From Blastococcus sp. (GTDB lineage Bacteria > Actinomycetota > Actinomycetes > Mycobacteriales > Geodermatophilaceae), in contig DATHAK010000220.1 of the NCBI GenBank assembly GCA_035296685.1, positions 610-64,609 on the forward strand: DNA of 64,000 nt, given 5' to 3'. The notes under the pieces are model-generated. The model was not told where the DNA came from. It saw only the letters and a list, made by a program, of their open reading frames with translations, and made no database searches. Shown here one piece after another: positions 7,870 through 17,184 of the stretch. Each line of letters starts with the position of its first letter. The first letter of the stretch is position 1. A program made the position numbers and the translations under genes.

Positions 7870-9684
7870 GTGACTTCAGTTGCCACCCCCGGTCTCGACA
7901 ACGCCCCCACCACCCACGCCCGTCTGCTGGCCTGGGTGCGGGAGATGGCCGAGCTGACGACGCCGGACCGGGTGGTGTGGGTCGACGGCAGTGACGAGGA
8001 GTGGGAACGGCTCACCGGGAAGCTGGTGGACGCCGGCACGTTCACGCGGCTCCAGGCGAAGCCGAACTCCTTCTGGTGCGCCTCCGACCCGAGCGACGTC
8101 GCACGCGTCGAGGACCGCACGTTCATCTGCTCGGTCGACGAGGCCGACGCGGGGCCCACCAACAACTGGATGGACCCGCGCGAGATGAAGTCGCTCATGA
8201 CCGAGCTGTACCGGGGGTGCATGCGCGGCCGGACGATGTACGTCATCCCGTTCTGCATGGGCCCGGTCGAGGCCGAGAGCCCCATGTTCGGCGTCGAGAT
8301 CACCGACTCCGAGTACGTCGTCGTCTCCATGCGAGTGATGGCGCGGATCGGCACGCACATCCTCGAGGCGATGGGCTCCGACCGGCCGTTCGTGCCGGCC
8401 ATGCACTCCCTCGGCGCCCCGCTCGACGAGGGCCAGCAGGACGTCCCGTGGCCCTGCAGCGACACCAAGTACATCGTCCACTTCCCCGAGGAGCGGATGA
8501 TCTGGTCCTACGGCTCGGGCTACGGCGGCAACGCCCTGCTGGGCAAGAAGTGCTACTCGCTGCGCATCGCGTCGGTCATGGCCCGCGACGAGGGCTGGCT
8601 CGCCGAGCACATGCTGATCCTCAAGCTGACCAGCCCGCAGCAGAAGACCTACTACGTGGCCGCCGCCTTCCCGAGCGCCTGCGGCAAGACCAACCTGGCC
8701 ATGCTCGAGCCGACCATCCCCGGCTGGAAGGTCGAGACCCTCGGCGACGACATCGCCTGGATGCGCTTCGGCGAGGACGGCCGCCTCTACGCCCTGAACC
8801 CCGAGTACGGCCTGTTCGGCGTCGCTCCCGGCACGGGCTGGGACACCAACCCGAACGCCATGCGCACCATCGACAAGGGCAACTCGGTCTTCACCAACGT
8901 CGCGCTCACCGACGACGGCGACATCTGGTGGGAGGGGATGACCGACGAGCCGCCGGCCCACCTCACCGACTGGAAGGGCCGCGACTGGACGCCGGAGAGC
9001 GAGGAGCCCTCCAGCCACCCGAACAGCCGCTTCTGCACCCCGATCACCCAGTGCCCGATCCTCGCGCCCGAGTACGACGACCCGAAGGGCGTGCCGATCT
9101 CGGCGATCCTCTTCGGCGGCCGCCGGAAGACCACGATCCCGCTGGTCACCGAGGCCCGGGACTGGAACCACGGCGTGTTCATGGGCGCGACGCTCTCCTC
9201 GGAGACCACCGCCGCGGCCACGGGTGCCGTCGGCGTCGTCCGCCGCGACCCCTTCGCGATGCTGCCGTTCATCGGCTACAACGCCGGCGACTACTTCGGT
9301 CACTGGGTCGAGACCGGCAAGATGCACGACGCCACCAAGCTGCCGCGGATCTTCTACGTGAACTGGTTCCGCCGCGACGAGGACGGCGGCTTCCTGTGGC
9401 CGGGCTTCGGCGAGAACAGCCGTGTCCTCAAGTGGGTCGTGGAGCGCCTCGAGGGCACCGCTGCCGCCGTCGAGACCCCCGTCGGTCACGTGCCCACCTC
9501 GGACGCCCTGGACATGTCCGGCCTCGACATGACCTCCGAGCAGATCGAGAAGGCGCTCGCCGTCAAGCCCGAGGAGTGGCGCGAGGAGATTCCGCAGATC
9601 ACCGAGTGGTTCGAAAAGTTCGGCGACAAGCTGCCCAGCACCATGTGGGACGAGCTGGAGATCCTCAAGAGCCGGCTGGCCTGA
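7870..9684 (+). CDS. pckG: Phosphoenolpyruvate carboxykinase (GTP)
   Basis: [45 protein letters not shown]; GTG start after GGAG RBS. Confidence 0.98.
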   Translation: MTSVATPGLDNAPTTHARLLAWVREMAELTTPDRVVWVDGSDEEWERLTGKLVDAGTFTRLQAKPNSFWCASDPSDVARVEDRTFICSVDEADAGPTNNWMDPREMKSLMTELYRGCMRGRTMYVIPFCMGPVEAESPMFGVEITDSEYVVVSMRVMARIGTHILEAMGSDRPFVPAMHSLGAPLDEGQQDVPWPCSDTKYIVHFPEERMIWSYGSGYGGNALLGKKCYSLRIASVMARDEGWLAEHMLILKLTSPQQKTYYVAAAFPSACGKTNLAMLEPTIPGWKVETLGDDIAWMRFGEDGRLYALNPEYGLFGVAPGTGWDTNPNAMRTIDKGNSVFTNVALTDDGDIWWEGMTDEPPAHLTDWKGRDWTPESEEPSSHPNSRFCTPITQCPILAPEYDDPKGVPISAILFGGRRKTTIPLVTEARDWNHGVFMGATLSSETTAAATGAVGVVRRDPFAMLPFIGYNAGDYFGHWVETGKMHDATKLPRIFYVNWFRRDEDGGFLWPGFGENSRVLKWVVERLEGTAAAVETPVGHVPTSDALDMSGLDMTSEQIEKALAVKPEEWREEIPQITEWFEKFGDKLPSTMWDELEILKSRLA

Positions 9685-9696
9685 CACCCGGACATC

Positions 9697-9735
9697 CGAA
9701 GGCCCGGATCCCCCGCGCGGGGGTCCGGGCCTTCG
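9697..9735 (+). terminator. Intrinsic terminator hairpin after pckG
   Basis: CGAAGGCCCGGA(T)CCCCC-GCGC-GGGGGTCCGGGCCTTCG. Confidence 0.8.
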
Positions 9736-9832
9736 TCGTACCTGTGACGCGCGGTCCCTCCAGGGGGCCACGAAGGTCCACGTTGAGTAGCGTGTCGGTG
9801 CCCCACGCGTTTCGACCGGAGGCTCCCCGCTC

Positions 9833-11047
9833 GTGGCCAACCCGTACCTGCAGGTGCTGCGGACGCCGCACGCCCTGCCGATGGTGCTGGCTGCGTTCAT
9901 CGGGCGGCTGCCGCTGTCGATGGTCGGGCTGGGCTGCGTGCTGCTCGTCGCCTCGGAGACCGGGTCCTACGGGCTCGGCGGGGCGGTCGCCGCCGCCGGG
10001 GCGGTCACCACCGCTCTGGCCGGGCCGGTGCTGGGCCGCTGGGCCGACAGCCACGGACAGCGCCGCGTGCTCCTGCCGGTGCTCGCGGTCTTCGTCGCCT
10101 CCGGCCTGACGTTCCTGTTCGCGGTCAAGGGCAACTGGCCGCTCGTCGTCGTCTTCGCCTCCGCGGGGCTCGCCGGCGCGTGCATCCCGCCCGTGTCGTC
10201 GATGATCCGGGTCCGCTGGACGCATCTCCTGCGCGGCAGCCACCGCCTGCCGACGGCGCTGGCCATGGAGTCGGTGGTCGACGAGTTCGTCTTCATCGTC
10301 GGCCCGGTGCTCGTCACCTTCCTGTCCACGACCGGCCACGCCACCAGCGGCGTGGTCACCGCCTTCACGCTCGCGGCCGTCGGCAGCCTGCTGTTCGCCG
10401 CGCAGGGGAGGACCGAGCCGCCACCCGCGCCGCACGAGCACCGCAACGGGCCGTCGGCGATGCGCACGCCGGGCCTGCGCGTCCTGTTCGTCGTGGGGGC
10501 CGCTGTCGGCTGCATCCTCGGGGCCTTCGAGATCGCCCTCGTCGCCTTCGCGGACGAGATGGGCGCCAAGTCCCTGTCCGGCGTGCTGATCGCGGGCCTG
10601 GCGGTCGGCTCCATGGCCAGCGGGATCGGCTGGGGGACCGTGCACTGGCGCATGCCGCTGCGTCACCGGCTCGTCGGCGTGCTCGTGCTGCTCACCGTGC
10701 TGAGCATCCCGCTGACGCTGGTGCACGACGTCTGGCTGATGATGCCGTTCGTCGTCCTGGCCGGGATCTCCCTCTCGCCCTCGCTGATCAGCTCCTTCAC
10801 CCTCGCCGAGCTGCTCGTGCCCCGGGCCGCGGTGACCGAGGCGTTCACCTGGATCGGCACCGCGCTGGGCCTCGGCGTCGCCGTCGGCGCCTCGACGGCG
10901 GGGAAGATCGTCGACGTGTACGGCGCGAACGCGTCGTTCCTCGTCGCGATCGTCGCCGCCGGGATCGCCGCCGTCGTGGTGGGTCTGTGCCAGCGGCTGC
11001 TCCACGTGCCGGCCGAGCACGCCACCGTCCCGGCCCTCGCCCGCTGA
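9833..11047 (+). CDS. MFS transporter
   Basis: ~12 hydrophobic segments, GRWADSHGQRRVL motif A; GGAGG RBS. Confidence 0.92.
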   Translation: MANPYLQVLRTPHALPMVLAAFIGRLPLSMVGLGCVLLVASETGSYGLGGAVAAAGAVTTALAGPVLGRWADSHGQRRVLLPVLAVFVASGLTFLFAVKGNWPLVVVFASAGLAGACIPPVSSMIRVRWTHLLRGSHRLPTALAMESVVDEFVFIVGPVLVTFLSTTGHATSGVVTAFTLAAVGSLLFAAQGRTEPPPAPHEHRNGPSAMRTPGLRVLFVVGAAVGCILGAFEIALVAFADEMGAKSLSGVLIAGLAVGSMASGIGWGTVHWRMPLRHRLVGVLVLLTVLSIPLTLVHDVWLMMPFVVLAGISLSPSLISSFTLAELLVPRAAVTEAFTWIGTALGLGVAVGASTAGKIVDVYGANASFLVAIVAAGIAAVVVGLCQRLLHVPAEHATVPALAR

Positions 11048-11079
11048 TCTCCGGTCCCCGCGGCTGTCATGCTCCAGGC

Positions 11080-11745
11080 GTGACCCGACCGCGCCCCGCT
11101 GCCGGTGGGGGGCGCCGGCTGGGCGTGGCGCCCGAGCGGCTCGGCCGCTGGCTGGACGGGGTGGCCGACCGGCACGGCGTGTTCACCGACGTGCGGCTCG
11201 ACGCCGGCGCCCTGCACGTGACCTGCGCCGACACCACCACGGTGACCCTGCGGGCGCCGTTCGAGTGGTCGCCGGGGCCGGCGCTGCTGACGACGTTCAC
11301 CGCGGCCGCCCGCGAGCCGCACCGCGCCGCCGTCCTGCTCGTGCGCCGCGGCCGCTGGGCGGTGGGCGTGTTCGACGGGTCGGAGCTGGTCGTCTCCAAG
11401 GTCGACGCCCGGCAGGTGCAGGGGCGGACAGCGGCCGGCGGGTGGTCGCAGCAGCGCTTCGCCCGCCGGCGCGGCAATCAGACCGACGCCGTCGTCGCCC
11501 ATGCCGTCGAGACGGCCGTCCGGGTGCTGCTGCCGCACGCCGGCTCGGTGGCCGCGCTGTTCACCGGCGGTGACCGGGGGCTGGTGGACGACGTCCTCGC
11601 CGACGCGCGCCTGCTCCCGCTCGCCGGGCGTCGCCGCGAGCCGCACCTCGACGTGGGGGAGCCGATGAAGGCGGTCCTGCTCGAGACGCCGGGGCAGTTC
11701 CGTGCGGTGGACGTCCACATCGTCGAGCCCGGCGACCGCCCCTGA
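11080..11745 (+). CDS. acVLRF1 (Vms1-like release factor) peptidyl-tRNA hydrolase
   Basis: LLVRRGRWAVGVF..VVSKVDARQVQGRTAAGGWSQQRFARRR.NQ, LFTGGDR; 3' part of track ORF 10180..11745; leaderless CATGCT -10 at 11068-11073. Confidence 0.88.
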   Translation: MTRPRPAAGGGRRLGVAPERLGRWLDGVADRHGVFTDVRLDAGALHVTCADTTTVTLRAPFEWSPGPALLTTFTAAAREPHRAAVLLVRRGRWAVGVFDGSELVVSKVDARQVQGRTAAGGWSQQRFARRRGNQTDAVVAHAVETAVRVLLPHAGSVAALFTGGDRGLVDDVLADARLLPLAGRRREPHLDVGEPMKAVLLETPGQFRAVDVHIVEPGDRP

Positions 11746-11747
11746 CC

Positions 11748-11801
11748 AGCTTTCTGTACCGAAGGCCGGGCGCGGTACCGCAGCTTTCGGTACAGAAAGC
11801 T
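11748..11801. repeat. AT-rich 16 bp perfect inverted repeat with nested palindrome
   Basis: AGCTTTCTGTACCGAA-N22-TTCGGTACAGAAAGCT. Confidence 0.85.
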
Positions 11802-11841
11802 CGGTGATGGTTCGCCGCAGGCGGCGTAACGTCCTGCGACC

Positions 11842-13896
11842 GTGTCTTCTCCCGCGGCCCCGGAGACCACCGATCCCGTCCTCGCCGCCGAACGGGCCCA
11901 CCTCGCGCGGGCGGCCGACTGCCTGACCGAGATGCGCACCGCGGCCTCCGCCGTCGCCGACGCCGGAGTCGACGCCTGGGCCTCCGAGCGCCTCGGTGCC
12001 GCCCGCGCCGCGCGGCTCCGCTCGCTGGCCGCCGATCCCGGCGTGCCGCCCTTCTTCGGGCGCACGGACAGCGCGACGGAGAGCTTCCACATCGGACGCC
12101 GGCACGTGCGCGACGAGTCGGGCGACCCCGTGGTCATCGACTGGCGGGCGCCGATGAGCCGCCCGTTCTACCGGGCCAGCGCCGCCGATCCCCAGGGACT
12201 CCTGCGCCGACGCCGCTTCGGGTTCTCCGGCGGCGAGCTCACCGGGTACGAGGACGAGCTGCTCGGCGCGGGCGACGAGCAGAAGAGCGAGTTCCTGCGC
12301 GGGGAGATCGAGCGCCCGCGGAGCGGTCCCATGCGCGACATCGTCGCCACCATCCAGCCCGAGCAGGACGACATCGTGCGGGCGCCCCTCACCGAGTCGA
12401 TCTGCGTCCAGGGCGCGCCCGGCACCGGCAAGACGGCGGTCGGGCTGCACCGGGCGGCCTATCTGCTGTACACGCACGGCGGCCAGCTGGCCCGTTCCGG
12501 CGTCCTGGTCGTGGGGCCCAACCGGGCCTTCCTCCGCTACATCGAGCAGGTGCTGCCCACGCTCGGCGAGGCCGACGTCGACCAGACCACGGTCGCGGAG
12601 CTCACCGCACGTGTCCCGGTGCGCGCGGTGGACCCGGCCGAGGTCGCCGTCCTCAAGGGGGACGCGCGCATGGCCGAGGTGCTGCGCCGGGCGCTGTGGG
12701 GCGAGATCGCGAAGCCGGTCGACTCCGTGCAGGTGCCGCTGGCCGGCCGCCGCTACCGGGTGCCGGTGGAGCGGCTCAAGCGGTACGTCGACGACCTGCG
12801 CCGCCGCTCCCGCGCCGACGACGACCAGCAGCTGCTGCACTACGCGGCCGGACGGGAGGGGCTGGCGATGCTGCTGGCCGCGGACGCACGGCGGCAGAAG
12901 GAGGAGGCCGGGGGCAGCCCCACGGACGCCGAGACGCGGCGCGCCGCCCGCTCAGAGGAGGTCCGCTCCTTCTGCGACGAGGTGTGGCCCGCCCGCGACG
13001 CCGCCGGGCTGCTCTGCGCGCTCTGGGGGGACGGCGACCGGCTGGCACGGGCCGCGCGCGGCATCCTGGACGAGGCCGATCAGGCGCTGCTGCGCTGGCC
13101 GGTGCCCCCGCGGTCGGTCCGCACCGCCCCGTGGACCGACGCCGACGCCGTGCTGGTCGACGAGCTCGCCGGCCTGCTCGAGCGCACCCCCGGCTACGGG
13201 CACGTCGTGGTGGACGAGGCCCAGGACCTCTCGCCGATGCAGTGCCGCGCGGTCGCCCGCAGGCTGGCGGCCGGCTCGCTCACCGTGCTCGGCGACCTCG
13301 CGCAGGCCACTAGCCCGTGGTCGCCGTCGGACTGGCAGGCGACGCTGGCCGGCCTGGGCCGCCCGGGCACGGTCGTCCGGCCGCTGACCCGGGGCTACCG
13401 GGTGCCCGGCGAGGTGCTCGATTTCGCCAACCGGCTGCTGCCGGTGATCGCGCCCGGGCTGCCCCCGGCGACCGCGGTGCGGTCGGACCCCGGTGCGCTG
13501 ACCGTCCGGTCGGTCCGCGCCCTGGGCGGGCCGCTCGCGAAGGTGGTGGGGGAGTTGCTCGCGGTGCCGGGCTCCATCGGCGTGCTGTGCGCCGACTCCG
13601 CGGTGCCGGAGGTGGTCGGCGTGCTGGCCGACGCCGGGGTCCCGGCCGCCGCGCTGGCCGACGACGGCGAGGAGGCCGCCGCGGTGGCCGTCGTCCCGGC
13701 GTCGCTGGCCAAGGGGCTGGAGTTCGACGCGGTCGTGGTCGTCGATCCGGCGGCGATCGCGGCGGCCGAGCCGCGGGGGCTGCACCGGCTCTACGTCGTC
13801 CTCACCCGGGCGGTGAGCACCCTCGTGGTCCTGCACCACGACGACCTCCCCGCCGCCCTGACCGGGGAGCCGCTGGAGGGCGTGGGGCACGTGTGA
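11842..13896 (+). CDS. helD: HelD-family SF1 helicase-like RNA polymerase recycling ATPase
   Basis: VIDWRAP, MRDIVATIQPEQD, QGAPGTGKTAVGLHRAAYLLY, VVDEAQD, KGLEFDAV, LYVVLTRA. Confidence 0.88.
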   Translation: MSSPAAPETTDPVLAAERAHLARAADCLTEMRTAASAVADAGVDAWASERLGAARAARLRSLAADPGVPPFFGRTDSATESFHIGRRHVRDESGDPVVIDWRAPMSRPFYRASAADPQGLLRRRRFGFSGGELTGYEDELLGAGDEQKSEFLRGEIERPRSGPMRDIVATIQPEQDDIVRAPLTESICVQGAPGTGKTAVGLHRAAYLLYTHGGQLARSGVLVVGPNRAFLRYIEQVLPTLGEADVDQTTVAELTARVPVRAVDPAEVAVLKGDARMAEVLRRALWGEIAKPVDSVQVPLAGRRYRVPVERLKRYVDDLRRRSRADDDQQLLHYAAGREGLAMLLAADARRQKEEAGGSPTDAETRRAARSEEVRSFCDEVWPARDAAGLLCALWGDGDRLARAARGILDEADQALLRWPVPPRSVRTAPWTDADAVLVDELAGLLERTPGYGHVVVDEAQDLSPMQCRAVARRLAAGSLTVLGDLAQATSPWSPSDWQATLAGLGRPGTVVRPLTRGYRVPGEVLDFANRLLPVIAPGLPPATAVRSDPGALTVRSVRALGGPLAKVVGELLAVPGSIGVLCADSAVPEVVGVLADAGVPAAALADDGEEAAAVAVVPASLAKGLEFDAVVVVDPAAIAAAEPRGLHRLYVVLTRAVSTLVVLHHDDLPAALTGEPLEGVGHV

Positions 13897-14001
13897 CCGG
13901 AGGTCCGGGCGGGGGTTGCACCCCGGGGACGGCCCGGCGCGGTCGGTTGTGAGGCGGTGCGTTCTCTGTTTCGGTGATGCGCGCTTTCGGGGAGGAGGGC
14001 C

Positions 14002-16332
14002 ATGAGTACACGCATCCGCACGATCCGCACGCTGTGCACGCTGGCCCTCAGCATCGTGCTCGCCGGTGCCCTCCTCGCCGGTCTCCTGCTGCCCTGGGTG
14101 GGCGGTCCGGTCCTGCTGGCCTCGCAGTCGAGCGGCCTGCTCGGCGAACCGCCGGCCGAGCTGAGCGACGAGCCACCCGCGGGCAACACCATCATGCTGG
14201 CCGGCAACGGTGAGCTGATCACCTCCTTCTACCAGGAGAACCGGGCCCCGGTGACCGGCGACCAGATCGCCGACGTGATGAAGCACGCCATGGTCGCGAT
14301 CGAGGACGCGCGCTTCTACGAGCACGCCGGGCTCGACGTGCAGGGCACGGTGCGCGCCCTCGTCACCAACCTGGCCTCGGGCCAGGTGATGGAGGGCGGC
14401 TCGACGCTCACCCAGCAGCTGGTCAAGCAGACCCTGCTGCAGGCGGCGGACACCCCCGAGGAACGCGACGCCGCCACCGAGGAGACGCTGGCCCGCAAGA
14501 TCCGGGAGGCCCGTCTCGCCCTGGCGATGGAGGACACCTACAGCAAGGACGAGCTGCTCACCCGGTACCTCAACATCGTCTACTTCGGGCGCAACGCCTA
14601 CGGCATCCAGCCCGCCGCCCGGGCCTTCTTCGGTGTGGACGCCTCCGCCCTCACCCTGCCCCAGGCCGCGCTGCTCGCCGGCCTCGCGCGGAGCCCGCGG
14701 GACGACAACCCGTTCGAGAACCCCGAGGGCGCGACGATCCGCCGCAACCAGGTGCTCACCCGCATGGCCGCGCAGGGCTACATCACGCCGGAGGAGCAGG
14801 CCGCCGCAGCGGCAGCACCGCTGGGCCTGGCGCCCGCACCGGACCCCCGCCGGGGCTGCGTCCAGGCCAGCGTCGGCCCCTACGTCTGCGACTTCGTGCA
14901 GCGATACCTGATCCAACAGCTCGGGATGACCCAGGACCAGCTGGACCGCGGGGGCTACGTCATCAGGACGACGCTGGACCCCGACCTGCAGCGCTCCGGC
15001 GACGCCGCCGTGCTGAACACCCTGCCGCTCGAGGACGACCGGGCGGCGACCTTCTCCGCCGTCGAACCCGGGACCGGGCACCTGCTCGCCCTGAGCGTGA
15101 ACCGCATCTTCGGCTACGACCTCAGCGACAAGAGACAGGAGTCGTTCAACCTCAACGTCGCGCCGAGCCGCGGCGCGGGGTCCACGTACAAGGTGTTCGT
15201 GGCCGCGGCCGCCCTGGCGCGGGGCTTCTCCACCCAGTACACCCTCGACGCGCCCAGCCCCTACCGCTCCCGCGTCTACCGCGAGGCGGGAAAGCCGTAC
15301 GAGGTGGAGAACGCGGGCCGGTACCGGTCGACGCTCGACCTGACCACCGCGCTGTACCAGTCCTCCAACACGTACTTCGTCGCGCTCGAGGACGCCCTCG
15401 GCAGCGTCGAGGAGCCGGTGGAGATGGCCAAGGCCATGGGGCTGTGGCAGTTCGACGCCGAAGCCGAGGCGATGCCCGGGGAGATCATCGAGCAGAACCG
15501 TGGTTCGTTCACCCTGGGCCCGGACGCGACCAGCCCACTCGGCCTGGCGAGCGCCTACTCCACGCTCGCGGCCGGCGGCACGCAGTGCGACGTCCTGCCC
15601 GTGACCGAGGTGCTCGACCGGTTCGGGAAGCCGGCCACGGACGAGGAGGGGAAGCCCCTGCTCCCGGTCGACAACTGCACGCCCGAGGCCATCCCGCCCG
15701 GCGTCGCGAACACCCTCAACCAGATGCTGCGCAAGGACGTCGAGCCCGGCAACCCGGGGCAGACGGCGCCGGCCGCCTACGTGCGTGGGCACCAGATCGC
15801 CGGAAAGACCGGTACGGCGCAGGGCAACGTGTCGGTGACCTTCGTCGGCTACACCCCGGAGATCGCTGCGAGCGCCATGGTCTTCAACCCCAAGCGGAAC
15901 CAGAACGTGGGCGGCTTCGGCGGCGGGAAGGGTGCCGCGATCTGGCACGACGCGATGGCGCCGATCCTCACGGCCCGCGGGAGCAGCAACTTCCCGCCGG
16001 CCGACCCCAAGGTCGTGAACGGCAACACCAAGCCGGTGCCCGGCTGCTCCGGCGTGGCGCAGTGCCGCAGCGTCCTCACGTCCGCCGGCTACGAGGTCAG
16101 CACCTCCGAGGTGGACAGCGACAAGGTGGAGGGCGCGCTGGTCGGCACCAGCCCGCCCCGCGGCGCCCGCGCCGTGCCCGGGCAGCTGATCACGATCCTG
16201 GTGAGCAACGGCTCGGACTACGTGGAGCCGGCCCCGGAGACGGTTGCGCCCGAGACGCCGGCACCGGAGACGCCCACTCCGACGCCGGAGGTCGAGCCGC
16301 CCCCGGTCGAGCCTCCCGACGACGGGGGATAG
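14002..16332 (+). CDS. Class A penicillin-binding protein (transglycosylase/transpeptidase + PASTA)
   Basis: N-terminal TM; EDARFYEH and GGSTLTQQ (transglycosylase); STYK, SSN, KTGT (transpeptidase); C-terminal PASTA and Pro/Glu/Thr-rich tail. Confidence 0.95.
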   Translation: MSTRIRTIRTLCTLALSIVLAGALLAGLLLPWVGGPVLLASQSSGLLGEPPAELSDEPPAGNTIMLAGNGELITSFYQENRAPVTGDQIADVMKHAMVAIEDARFYEHAGLDVQGTVRALVTNLASGQVMEGGSTLTQQLVKQTLLQAADTPEERDAATEETLARKIREARLALAMEDTYSKDELLTRYLNIVYFGRNAYGIQPAARAFFGVDASALTLPQAALLAGLARSPRDDNPFENPEGATIRRNQVLTRMAAQGYITPEEQAAAAAAPLGLAPAPDPRRGCVQASVGPYVCDFVQRYLIQQLGMTQDQLDRGGYVIRTTLDPDLQRSGDAAVLNTLPLEDDRAATFSAVEPGTGHLLALSVNRIFGYDLSDKRQESFNLNVAPSRGAGSTYKVFVAAAALARGFSTQYTLDAPSPYRSRVYREAGKPYEVENAGRYRSTLDLTTALYQSSNTYFVALEDALGSVEEPVEMAKAMGLWQFDAEAEAMPGEIIEQNRGSFTLGPDATSPLGLASAYSTLAAGGTQCDVLPVTEVLDRFGKPATDEEGKPLLPVDNCTPEAIPPGVANTLNQMLRKDVEPGNPGQTAPAAYVRGHQIAGKTGTAQGNVSVTFVGYTPEIAASAMVFNPKRNQNVGGFGGGKGAAIWHDAMAPILTARGSSNFPPADPKVVNGNTKPVPGCSGVAQCRSVLTSAGYEVSTSEVDSDKVEGALVGTSPPRGARAVPGQLITILVSNGSDYVEPAPETVAPETPAPETPTPTPEVEPPPVEPPDDGG

Positions 16333-16337
16333 CGGCG

Positions 16338-17165
16338 CTACCGGCCGGCCGCCCGGCGGGCGAGCAGGTCGTCGAACGACTGGGTGACCAGCCAGCCGCC
16401 GAGCACGACCAGGTGCAGGACGAACAGCCAGAGGCCGACGGCGACGACCCCGCCCACGACCGTGAGCCCACCGAACGGGGCGCCGAGGTCGAGGGGCAGA
16501 GCCAGGAACAGCACGAACCCCTGCAGGAAGCCGGAGATGCAGGCAGCGGTGAGCAGGGCGCCCGCGGCCAGCGCGCGCCGGCGCACGCGGGCGCCGCCCA
16601 CCACCCGGAACCCCCAGGCAAGGGGGATGGTCAGCGCGGCCAGCACCCCGTAGAAGCCGACGGCGATCCGGCCGGCGGTCGCCGCTGCCCCGCCGGTCTC
16701 GGCGAGGTCGGCCATCACCGGCACGGTGAGCAGCAGCGGGTAGAGCACCAGCGGGGCCAGGAGCAGCAGGGGCAGGGCGGCCAGCCGCCCGCGCCAGCCC
16801 GTGAGCCCCTCGCGGCGCCCGCTGAACCGGCGCAGCGCCCGCCGCAGCCCTTCGCCGTAGAGCGACATCGGCAGCAGCGCGAGCAGGCCGCCCAGCGGTG
16901 ACAGCCCGACGCCGGCCTCCACGAGCCGGCCGACGGCGTCCGGCGCGCCCAGTTGCGCCGGCAGCAGCTCGGCCAGCCGGCCGCCCAGCTCCTGGACCCG
17001 CGGTCCCGACGTCAGCCGTGCGGTCAGGGCGAAGGCCAGGACGAGCAGCGGGACGACGGCGATGCCGGCGTAGAACGTCAGCCCGGCCGCGATCAGCGCG
17101 AGGTCGCGACCCTCCAGCCGGGCGCGGACGCCCCGGAGGAGCTCCGCTGCCGCCGAGCACCTCAT
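16338..17165 (-). CDS. YihY/BrkB family membrane protein
   Basis: AAGLTFYAGIAVVPL and multiple TM segments; ATG 17165 chosen to avoid overlap with the upstream gene. Confidence 0.85.
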   Translation of the reverse strand: MRCSAAAELLRGVRARLEGRDLALIAAGLTFYAGIAVVPLLVLAFALTARLTSGPRVQELGGRLAELLPAQLGAPDAVGRLVEAGVGLSPLGGLLALLPMSLYGEGLRRALRRFSGRREGLTGWRGRLAALPLLLLAPLVLYPLLLTVPVMADLAETGGAAATAGRIAVGFYGVLAALTIPLAWGFRVVGGARVRRRALAAGALLTAACISGFLQGFVLFLALPLDLGAPFGGLTVVGGVVAVGLWLFVLHLVVLGGWLVTQSFDDLLARRAAGR

Positions 17166-17184
17166 CCCGCGCGGCGCTGTCCGC

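Noticed and set aside
11746-11842. helD as rifamycin-inducible helR with an RAE operator
   Set aside because: The upstream inverted repeat is not the GCAAGGCC-N3-GGCCTTGC-type rifamycin-associated element.
16225-16330. Tandem repeats at the PBP 3' end (PET.AP, PTPTP)
   Set aside because: An ordinary low-complexity Pro/Glu/Thr tail of actinobacterial class A PBPs.
12952-17160. 1402-aa minus-strand ORF, and similar long ORFs such as 39086..42556, 43567..46209, 50558..54082, 25264..27573 and 1749..3797
   Set aside because: Antisense or alternative-frame shadows of real genes. They are Arg/Gly/Ala-rich with no motifs, as expected from the scarcity of stop codons at very high GC.
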